Shown in pieces: positions 21,401 through 28,009 of a stretch of DNA of 64,000 nt. A program made the position numbers and the translations under genes. Position 1 is the stretch's first letter. Each line of letters starts with the position of its first letter. The notes under the pieces were generated by a model. That model was not told the DNA's origin. It saw nothing but the letters and a program-made list of their open reading frames with translations, and did no database searches. Origin of the DNA: Saprospiraceae bacterium (lineage in GTDB: Bacteria; Bacteroidota; Bacteroidia; Chitinophagales; Saprospiraceae); assembly GCA_040006775.1 (NCBI GenBank), contig JBDTWI010000008.1:1262-65261 (forward strand), written 5' to 3'.

Positions 21401-22052
21401 TTGGATTGTTCTTACAACAGTTTCCGATCACTGTAATGGTAAAACTACATTGGCTTATATTATTACAGAGGTCACTCGCTGTATAGGTAATAGTAGTTAT
21501 TCCAATTGGAAAAGCATCCCCACTGATATGACTGACAGTAAGAAAAAGTTTACCACAGTTGTCACTAACATTTGGTGCAATCCAGGACACATTGGCTTTG
21601 CAGTTTGGTCCAGATGAAACGGTTAAGTTTGCGGGACAATTGCTAATTACTGGAGCAATGGTGTCTGAGAGTTCAATGATTTGAGTACAGGAGGAATTCA
21701 GAAGATTGTTCTGAGGATCAGTTGCAATCCACACCCGCATTAATTTAATTGCACCGGGACAAGTACCTAAATTAAGGGTGTCATCATAAAAACTTATGAT
21801 TGGAAAGGAGCAATCCGGTCCTCCGGGTTCGCCAGTTGCAAATCCAGTATTCGAGGGCAATAAGGACGCACTCGGACAGGCAGCAAATTTGGGAGGACAA
21901 TGAATTATAGGATTTGAATTACAAATGCTTGGTTTCAATAGACCAAGTAAATGTCTAATTCTAAGCTGTCCTTGCGCTTGATAAGAGAAGCAAAGCAAAA
22001 GGAGTAAAAAAATGGCTTTTTGAGCGTTCAGGGAGTTAAGTTTATTCATCAC
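18468..22052 (-). CDS. large T9SS-secreted adhesin-like protein: 4 tandem Cys-rich+HYR modules, C-type lectin domain, HYR-like segment, GEVED domain, T9SS CTD
   Basis: 1194 aa with a signal peptide. A roughly 170-aa module repeats 4 times (..CP.N.TV....C.A.V.W..P...DNCG..F..G.T...YTA.D.CGN....F.ITV). C-type lectin signature WNEANNYCKSIGANLAVINS..EWVDNS..NW..GQPNN..DYVEI..GTWND..C. GYGEVEDYC is present. The C-terminal ILPNPANNYISI..GIYLFV.. tail fits a T9SS CTD. Confidence 0.85.
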   Translation of the reverse strand: MMNKLNSLNAQKAIFLLLLLCFSYQAQGQLRIRHLLGLLKPSICNSNPIIHCPPKFAACPSASLLPSNTGFATGEPGGPDCSFPIISFYDDTLNLGTCPGAIKLMRVWIATDPQNNLLNSSCTQIIELSDTIAPVISNCPANLTVSSGPNCKANVSWIAPNVSDNCGKLFLTVSHISGDAFPIGITTITYTASDLCNNISQCSFTITVIGNCCKNNPILTCPSNFSGCPTDSLVPSTTGNPIVMPGGPFCSSPIVKYTDSIISSGPCLGAIHLIRTWKAFDPFDSTLNASCKQEIELKDTQAPTISNVPSNITVSPGLDCKATVQWVLPIGNDQCGKPTLVSSHQPGSQFSEGTTIVVYTVTDVCGNTASASFQITVSTCCSNPPILQCPLNYSSCPGSSTDPNITGQAIATKSQIGCGTPILTYSDSVINFSCPGSKLIFRKWKATDPNNPLIFSSCTQYVELKDDSPPVFTSCPTNITVNTNTLDCKATVQWQVPQLTDNCSQTINLISNYTPGTAFPVGVTTIIYTANDGCNNTIQHSFTITVINTCCNGIPKIICPPDYKGCPAEHCGTNVSGTATGNPSDPTCPVPIISYRDSLLNVYSYCPNAKRFIRIWRAADPNDPKKYVVCNQLIELLDKIPPVWSYCPPDITVQAYGACEKIVYWTPPTAIDNCSSFVQITSNYTPGQTFPTGTTVVVYTAKDECGNYITHSFKINVIGSGLSLECPSDIVVERTDPNLPGAYVSWYTPKVTTCGNCKDSLKGFIYMGTYNGSQYFCSLTTATWNEANNYCKSIGANLAVINSQAENNYIASKLMGATAYIGLHDSNVEGLFEWVDNSNTNFINWYPGQPNNANGDQDYVEILPDGTWNDQYTNTYREFICEIPCYTLKQIEGPYSGSLFKCGTTKVSYVATQGNYKDTCSFNVTVKCSGNKYCDSKAQSCGSLWIKNVSLSNINNTTGPSNGYVYYPSPCGELKWGKSYNLCLTPGFSTIAYTVYWKVWIDYNGDGDFYDQDELVAYGNGSSTLCGNITLPWNCQCPMINTRMRVSMSYGSYPGNPCCSIGYGEVEDYCINISKNNLGPDKTNSISKPINPKELAESSYNNTDLLERDKEIGSSEINSIEILPNPANNYISILSTTKLVNSLHVYNYEGKQILQMNFTESAQLDISDWKDGIYLFVTETNNGIRNLKKISVMH
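19896..21932 (-). repeat. four diverged intragenic tandem repeats of about 510 bp (Cys-rich linker + HYR domain modules)
   Basis: Protein residues about 41-210, 211-378, 379-548 and 549-719 align with each other by eye. Coordinates come from counting residues. Confidence 0.7.
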
Positions 22053-22191
22053 TATTTATTTATTTAAAATACAAGTAATAAAAAACAAACCCTTTGGTGA
22101 GATACCAAGAATTATCCTGAATTGAAATTCGGCTTAAAAGTAGTTAAGATTAGTCAACTAGTCTAATTTTAATATTATTTTAACTTAAATC

Positions 22192-22213
22192 TAATACGAA
22201 GTTGTTCGTATTA
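22192..22213. promoter_or_regulatory. perfect inverted repeat TAATACGAA-N4-TTCGTATTA, candidate BlaI-family operator
   Basis: 9-bp arms with a 4-bp spacer. It overlaps the TTG (-33-like) element 22 nt upstream of the -7 box of the blaI-like gene. Confidence 0.45.
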
Positions 22214-22226
22214 AACGAGTTTAGAT

Positions 22227-22234
22227 TATATTTG
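22227..22234 (+). promoter_or_regulatory. TAnnTTTG -7 box of the blaI-like operon
   Basis: TATATTTG lies 27 nt upstream of the ATG at 22261. Confidence 0.4.
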
Positions 22235-22260
22235 CCTTGTTAACTTATCATATATAAACA

Positions 22261-22647
22261 ATGTCTGAAAGCCTACTTAAACCAACTAACTCTGAAATGG
22301 AGATTTTGCAAGTCTTCTGGAAGCAAGGCGCATCTACGGTTAAAGATATCAACACCGTTCTCAATGAGAAAAAGGCAAGAGGCTATACAACCACTTTGAA
22401 GATCATGCAAATCATGGCAGACAAAGGATTATTAAACAGGATTCCCCAGGGTAAACTCCACATCTATAATTCAGCGTTCACTGAAGAGGACATAAAGTCA
22501 AGAATGGTGGACAGTCTAATAGAACAGGTTTTTGAGGGTGCTGCCATGGATATGGTTATGCAAGCATTAGGTAATTATTCTCCCTCAGCAAGTGAGATAT
22601 CTGAATTAAAGGAATTGCTGGCAAGGATGGAGCAGGTTAAAAAATAA
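22261..22647 (+). CDS. BlaI/MecI/CopY-family winged-helix transcriptional repressor
   Basis: 128 aa. The N-terminus is TNSEMEILQVFWKQGASTVKDI..GYTTTLKIMQIMADKGLL, typical of the penicillinase-repressor family. It sits directly upstream of an M56 peptidase gene. Confidence 0.85.
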   Translation: MSESLLKPTNSEMEILQVFWKQGASTVKDINTVLNEKKARGYTTTLKIMQIMADKGLLNRIPQGKLHIYNSAFTEEDIKSRMVDSLIEQVFEGAAMDMVMQALGNYSPSASEISELKELLARMEQVKK

Positions 22648-22672
22648 TTTAGATGTAGAATAAGAAGGTATA

Positions 22673-24139
22673 ATGAAAAAAATATTAGAGAACATCAATA
22701 TTCAAGATTTTCAAGAATATATTGCTTTAAGCATTATACAAAGTCTATGGATTGGTTCTTTACTGGTAATTGTCCTTTTGTTGTTAGAATTATTTAGGCC
22801 TTCACTTTCGATTTCAAATCTTCATAAGTATTATAAGTATTCATTATTCACTATTCTTCTTTGTTCTTTATTCGTTAATTCTTCTTTTTTAATTTCAGAT
22901 TCCCTAGATGTATTGACCTTTTTTGATATTCAGTTTAGTTCAAAATTGATTCATTGGTTAAGTATATTTTGGCTTATTGGAGGAATTTGTTACTTGACTA
23001 AATTGACGATAGCCCAACACTACATTAATAAAATTGTCAGACAAGGGAAGGATAAATTTCCAGAGGACTGGATATTACTTTTGAATAAGTCTAAGCAAAA
23101 AATAGCTTATTTAAAAGACGTTAGCTTTTTGTTTTCAGATAGAATACATTCTGCTTTCGTAACTGGAATCATCAAACCAATTTTTGTAATACCTTTAAGT
23201 TGGATCAATAACTTAACTCATGAAGAAGCTGAATTTATTCTAATTCATGAAATTGCACATTTAAAAGCCAAAGATCAGTACATCAATATCGTTTGTAATT
23301 TTACAGAAATAATTTTGTTTTATAATCCCGCGGTACATTTTATTATAAAACGAATTCGTTTTCAAAGGGAATTATGTGCAGACCAAATGGTCATAAAGCA
23401 TATCTCAAAGCCTTTAGCTTATGCCTCATTGTTGGTAAAAATTGGAGAGAACCCACAACTAAAACCTATAGTTGCATTTAGTTCTATTAAAAATCAACTA
23501 GGCTTAAGAGTAAAGAGTATACTGCAATTAGAAACTCATTCAAATAAAAACCTGCAGGGTTTCTTATATCCAATATTTATAGGTATACTCACTTTGATTC
23601 TAATGAATAACATGCCAAATCAAGTGCAGACAGAATTAGCTCAAACAAATCCAATTAATTTAGCCCAAGCTAAAGTTAAAAAAGAAATTGCAAGTGTAAT
23701 AAATAAAAGGGAAAATAGGACTGAAAAAAAATCTTCAAGGAATCCAATAATTAAGAAACAGAGAGATGCCTTTAAAGATAAAAAACACCCACAACTGAAA
23801 ATTAACGAGCTTGATTTGGCAGAAAATTCAGAACCGCTCATTGTTATTAAAGATGAATTCAACGCTTCAGGAGATCCTATGCAATTCATGAAAGAGGTCG
23901 ATTTTACCATGTCTAAATCTTTAGTAAATAAAATAAAGCCAAGTGAATACGGGGGTAGTTCATCGAGACTCACTAGCATATTCAAGGATCGCAATTATAT
24001 TTTTGATAAAGATGGTAAGCATAGAGTTTATCCACAACAAAAATTATATAAATACTTTTTAATAAAAGATCCTCGAAATACATTCTTAAGTTATTCCTTC
24101 AGTTTGCAAAGTATAAATCAATTTTCAACCATAAATTAA
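22673..24139 (+). CDS. BlaR1-like M56-family membrane zinc metalloprotease / signal transducer (no recognisable beta-lactam sensor domain)
   Basis: 488 aa. N-terminal TM helices and an HExxH motif in LIHEIAHLKAKD. The C-terminal region of about 180 aa is K/E/N-rich. Confidence 0.8.
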   Translation: MKKILENINIQDFQEYIALSIIQSLWIGSLLVIVLLLLELFRPSLSISNLHKYYKYSLFTILLCSLFVNSSFLISDSLDVLTFFDIQFSSKLIHWLSIFWLIGGICYLTKLTIAQHYINKIVRQGKDKFPEDWILLLNKSKQKIAYLKDVSFLFSDRIHSAFVTGIIKPIFVIPLSWINNLTHEEAEFILIHEIAHLKAKDQYINIVCNFTEIILFYNPAVHFIIKRIRFQRELCADQMVIKHISKPLAYASLLVKIGENPQLKPIVAFSSIKNQLGLRVKSILQLETHSNKNLQGFLYPIFIGILTLILMNNMPNQVQTELAQTNPINLAQAKVKKEIASVINKRENRTEKKSSRNPIIKKQRDAFKDKKHPQLKINELDLAENSEPLIVIKDEFNASGDPMQFMKEVDFTMSKSLVNKIKPSEYGGSSSRLTSIFKDRNYIFDKDGKHRVYPQQKLYKYFLIKDPRNTFLSYSFSLQSINQFSTIN

Positions 24140-24151
24140 AATAGTTCAATT

Positions 24152-25072
24152 ATGAAAAAGTTATTGTTATTTACTTTATTGTTTGTTTCTGCACAATCAG
24201 TTTTTTCTCAAGATAAATCAAAGTCAGAGAGCAAACAAAGAACTAAAATCATTATTGAAAATGCCGGAAGTTCAGAAGATAAATCTTTAATAAATGAAGA
24301 TCACAATATACAAATTGAGAATGCAATTGAGGACTTCCCACATTTTTCAAAAGAATGTCACAATGCTAATTTAGAGGATGGAGGCAATCGTGCAATGTTA
24401 GGAGTTAGGGTTAGAAACGCAAGTGGCAATAATGGCGCGAGTATAACTGATATAATAGAAGGCTCCGGAGCACAAAAAGCCGGTCTTATGGAAGGTGACC
24501 TAATACTTAAGGTGGGCAAGAAAAAAGTAACAAATTCTGATGAATTGATTGAAGCCTTGTCACAAAAAGAACCTAATGATCGAGTTAAATTGAAAATTTT
24601 AAGAAATGGAGAGACCATTGTTAAGGAAGTAGAATTGTCAAAGCCTGCAACTAAGCAATGCAAAGTCAACTGTATAGGTGTTGGTCAAAATAAAGAGAAA
24701 GCAGAGCTCGAAGAATTGAAAGCTTCGGAATTGGAACAGGAAAGAAAAGCAATGAATGAAAAGGAAACGATAATAATAAAAGAAAAATCAGAGGAAAGCA
24801 CCCAAAAAAGAAACAGAAGTTTTAGCGTAAATTATTTGTCAGGCAATCCTAATCCAAACTCCGGTCTAATGTCCATAGTTTATAAAGGAGACAAGGAGCC
24901 CTTTACTATTAGAGTAGTAGATCTGAATGGTAAGGAATTATTTAAAGATGCTGTTGAAGATAATTCAGGGGTATACAAGAAGGAAATTGAAGTAGAAAGA
25001 GCAGCAGGTACAGTCTTAATCCAGGTAAAACAAGGCAAAAACACGAATACTGCCAAAATAATTATTCAGTAA
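24152..25072 (+). CDS. secreted PDZ-domain protein with T9SS C-terminal sorting domain
   Basis: 306 aa. Signal peptide MKKLLLFTLLFVSAQSVFSQ. PDZ core GVRVRN..GASITDIIEGSGAQKAGLMEGDLILKVGKKKV. A charged coiled segment follows. The C-terminal NPNPNSGLMSIVY..IRVVDLNGKELF.. tail fits a T9SS CTD. The gene starts 12 nt after the blaR1-like stop. Confidence 0.75.
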   Translation: MKKLLLFTLLFVSAQSVFSQDKSKSESKQRTKIIIENAGSSEDKSLINEDHNIQIENAIEDFPHFSKECHNANLEDGGNRAMLGVRVRNASGNNGASITDIIEGSGAQKAGLMEGDLILKVGKKKVTNSDELIEALSQKEPNDRVKLKILRNGETIVKEVELSKPATKQCKVNCIGVGQNKEKAELEELKASELEQERKAMNEKETIIIKEKSEESTQKRNRSFSVNYLSGNPNPNSGLMSIVYKGDKEPFTIRVVDLNGKELFKDAVEDNSGVYKKEIEVERAAGTVLIQVKQGKNTNTAKIIIQ

Positions 25073-25207
25073 TAACAGAAACTAGAAATAATTACTGAAA
25101 TAAATTAGTCAATAAGTCCGGAACTTTAGAAAAGCTTTATATGTTTGATAGCTAATACTTTTAAAGGTATTATTTAAACTTCAAACTATAAACAAAAATC
25201 TATAAAA

Positions 25208-26224
25208 ATGAGACTTACAGCTTTTTCAAGAATTCTAATCGTAGCACTCATTCTGGGAGGAATATTTTTAGCAATAAGAAAGTTCCAACCACAACTACTA
25301 GAAAATTTAAGCAAAACAGAAAAGACAGAATCTACAACTTCAGAGAGCACAGAGCCAACTAGTACAACTGGAGATAAAACTGGAAAAGAAGCTAAAGCTT
25401 CTAATGTTCCTGATAACAGACCCGTTTTTAGTTATACAGCCCCTGAACCTATAAATGGTAAACTTAGAGGTGTTGTAGAATTAGGAGCTGCAGGTTTCAA
25501 TTCATTTATAGTACTATCAGATGACCAAAAAAGATGGAAACTTGAAAAGTCTGAATTTGGATCCAGCTTAGTTTATGAGAATATGGCAACAGATATGGAT
25601 ATAAGATCCGGCTTAAAAAACTATATCGCTAAGATGTTAGATTTTGGAGTAAAAGGTAAGGATATACATTTCGTTGTAAGCTCAGGTGCAAAGAATGAGC
25701 CTTCTGTAGTTAAAATATCTAAGAATCTTAAGGATCTCGGGTACTTTGTCAATGAGGTTACTCCTCAACAAGAAGGTACTTACGGTTTAAATTGTGCTAT
25801 ACCTTCAGTTTTAGAATCTGAATCCTTTATGGTTGATATTGGTTCGGGAAATACTAAGATTTCGTATTCTAATATGGGAAAAGTCAGTGCCTTCGAATCC
25901 TATGGATCGAAGTATTTTCAAAAAAACATAGCTGAAGACCTTGTTTATAAAGAAGTAAGATCTGTAGTATCACAAATTCCCTCTTCAAATAGAAAAACTT
26001 GTTTTATTATTGGAGGTATTCCTTTTGAACTTGCAAAGCAAGTTAGAGATGGAAAGGAGAGGTATACAGTTCTTATGGCGCCAAAGGATTATTCAATTAG
26101 TGGAGACAAACAAAGAGCTGGTGTAAATATCTATAAAGCAGTCTATGATGAGACAGGATGTAAAATATTCGTATTCGATTGGGATGCAAATTTTACCATA
26201 GGATTTTTACTTGGATTAAAGTAA
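25208..26224 (+). CDS. membrane-anchored ASKHA-fold protein, Ppx/GppA-like with degenerate phosphate-1 motif
   Basis: 338 aa. TM anchor (ILIVALILGGIFLAI) and an S/T/E-rich linker. The ordered motifs GVVELGAAGFNSFIV, HFVVSSGAKNE, VTPQQEGTYG and VDIGSGNTKIS resemble the Ppx/GppA N-terminal domains. Confidence 0.5.
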   Translation: MRLTAFSRILIVALILGGIFLAIRKFQPQLLENLSKTEKTESTTSESTEPTSTTGDKTGKEAKASNVPDNRPVFSYTAPEPINGKLRGVVELGAAGFNSFIVLSDDQKRWKLEKSEFGSSLVYENMATDMDIRSGLKNYIAKMLDFGVKGKDIHFVVSSGAKNEPSVVKISKNLKDLGYFVNEVTPQQEGTYGLNCAIPSVLESESFMVDIGSGNTKISYSNMGKVSAFESYGSKYFQKNIAEDLVYKEVRSVVSQIPSSNRKTCFIIGGIPFELAKQVRDGKERYTVLMAPKDYSISGDKQRAGVNIYKAVYDETGCKIFVFDWDANFTIGFLLGLK

Positions 26225-26240
26225 TATTCTATGCATTCCA

Positions 26241-26278
26241 AAAAAATAAGCCTTGACATGAGTTGAGGCTTTTTTTTA
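26241..26278 (+). terminator. rho-independent terminator after the ASKHA-like gene
   Basis: AAGCCT (26248-26253) pairs with AGGCTT (26266-26271). An A-run precedes the stem and a T8 run follows it. Confidence 0.5.
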
Positions 26279-26427
26279 TTAAATCATTAATATACAATAG
26301 ATTAAATTTTTATTCATCCGTTATAAAAGTATAGATGAATTAATAATTCTATAAATAGACTAAAAAAACTCTATTAAATTTTTTTAATAAATTATTAATA
26401 TGATCTTTACATGAAATTATATTCTGA

Positions 26428-26940
26428 ATGGATAATGTCATACTTTCAAAAGATATGAATTGGGAACTTGTTGAAGTTTTTGAAAAGAATTTTCAACTTA
26501 AAAAAGCCATTAATAAAAATGTGCATGGATTGTTTGCCAATAAAAATTTTAAAGAGGGTGAAACAATTATTAATTTTAGAACCAAGAATATCGTATCAAA
26601 GCCAACTTATCTAACTGTACAGTTAGAAGATCAAAAGCATTTTAGTTTGGATCCCGACTTTTTACAATACATGAATCACAGTTGTGATCCAAATATTTTC
26701 ATGGATACTACGGAATTAAAGTTAGTAACATTAAGGCCAATATCTAAAGATGAAGAGCTGAATTTTTTCTATCCATCTACAGAGTGGGAGATGGAACAAG
26801 CTTTTATCTGCAATTGCGGCTCAAAGGAATGTCATACTTTTATTTCAGGAGCTGGTGCATTGAAATTAGAAGTTCTCAATAAATATAGACTCAACGAATT
26901 TATAAAACGTAAACTGCGTGAGGCCGGGAAGTCTATTTGA
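26428..26940 (+). CDS. stand-alone SET-domain methyltransferase
   Basis: 170 aa. GLFANKNFKEGETI, NHSCDPN, DEELNFFY (catalytic Tyr position) and a post-SET-like CNCGSKEC. Confidence 0.85.
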   Translation: MDNVILSKDMNWELVEVFEKNFQLKKAINKNVHGLFANKNFKEGETIINFRTKNIVSKPTYLTVQLEDQKHFSLDPDFLQYMNHSCDPNIFMDTTELKLVTLRPISKDEELNFFYPSTEWEMEQAFICNCGSKECHTFISGAGALKLEVLNKYRLNEFIKRKLREAGKSI

Positions 26941-28009
26941 AGGATATCATATTTGGGTAATTGCCCCATCGGTTGAAAGTGACGATCCCAACATCAACTA
27001 CTATTATGACTTTGATCAGAGCATTCAGGAATATACTAAAGTATTCGAAGAACTGTCATTAAGCTGGACTTGGCAAATTATTCGATTGGATAATTATCAA
27101 AAAATAATAGAGGAAATTAAAGGAGATGCACAATTAAGAAAGGTACTTGTATTGAATTTATGTGATGGAGATGAGGTAAACCAAGCACCTGGAATTAGTG
27201 TTATCCGAGAACTTGAGTTACATAGATTAAACTATACCGGGTCTAAAGAATTTTTTTACGAAGTGACCACTTCAAAAATTCCAATGAAAAAAGTATTTGA
27301 TGATTCCAAAATAAATACACCGATATGGGAAGTCCTTGCTGAAGATGGAAGCAGTATTCCCGGAATTTTTGAACGATTAGGTTCGCCAATAATTATTAAG
27401 CCATCAGTCTCAGGTGGAAGTATGGGAGTTGGAATAACAAATGTCGTTGAAACAGAAGTGGATTGTAAAAAGGTACTGGATAAAATTAAGGAAGGTTATC
27501 GAGGCTGGAATCTGTTGATAGATGGAATTATTGCAGAAAGATTTATTCCAGGAAGAGAATTTACAACGCTTATCGTTGGCAGCTATACAAATCCATCGGA
27601 ACTAATTTATTATTCACCCATAGAAAGAGTATTCAATAAAACACTACCGGCTACCGAACAGTTTCTTTCTTTTGATAGGCTCTGGGAAACTTATGATGAA
27701 GAATCTTCCTTAGGTGAGAATGAATATTTATTTCAATACCATCCACCGGAAAAGAATTTGAATGAACAAATAAAAAAATTAAGTATAGATAGCTACATTG
27801 CACTGCGGGGAACTGGATACACTCGAATTGACATAAGAATGGATTCAAATGATAAGACCATGTATGTATTGGAGGCCAATGCGCAATGCGGATTAAGCGA
27901 GGATGAAAATTATACCTCTATAGGAGCGATATTAAGAGTAAACAATAAAAAATTTAGTGAATTGATTTCTGAGATTATGAACGAAGCAATAATTCGTAAA
28001 GCATCATGA
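26918..28009 (+). CDS. ATP-grasp ligase, D-Ala-D-Ala-ligase-like
   Basis: 363 aa. NLCDGDE..GISVIRELELHRLNYTG, IIIKPSVSGGSMGV, AERFIPGREFTTLIVG and GYTRIDIRMD..MYVLEANAQCG. GTG start overlaps the SET gene by 23 nt. Confidence 0.8.
   Translation: MRPGSLFEGYHIWVIAPSVESDDPNINYYYDFDQSIQEYTKVFEELSLSWTWQIIRLDNYQKIIEEIKGDAQLRKVLVLNLCDGDEVNQAPGISVIRELELHRLNYTGSKEFFYEVTTSKIPMKKVFDDSKINTPIWEVLAEDGSSIPGIFERLGSPIIIKPSVSGGSMGVGITNVVETEVDCKKVLDKIKEGYRGWNLLIDGIIAERFIPGREFTTLIVGSYTNPSELIYYSPIERVFNKTLPATEQFLSFDRLWETYDEESSLGENEYLFQYHPPEKNLNEQIKKLSIDSYIALRGTGYTRIDIRMDSNDKTMYVLEANAQCGLSEDENYTSIGAILRVNNKKFSELISEIMNEAIIRKAS

Noticed and set aside
19538-21486. Short plus-strand ORFs (19538-19762, 19920-20144, 21271-21486) and out-of-frame minus-strand ORFs (20153-20341, 20381-20596) inside the HYR adhesin gene
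   Set aside because: They are embedded in a 1194-aa ORF with strong domain evidence. They are typical alternative-frame artefacts.
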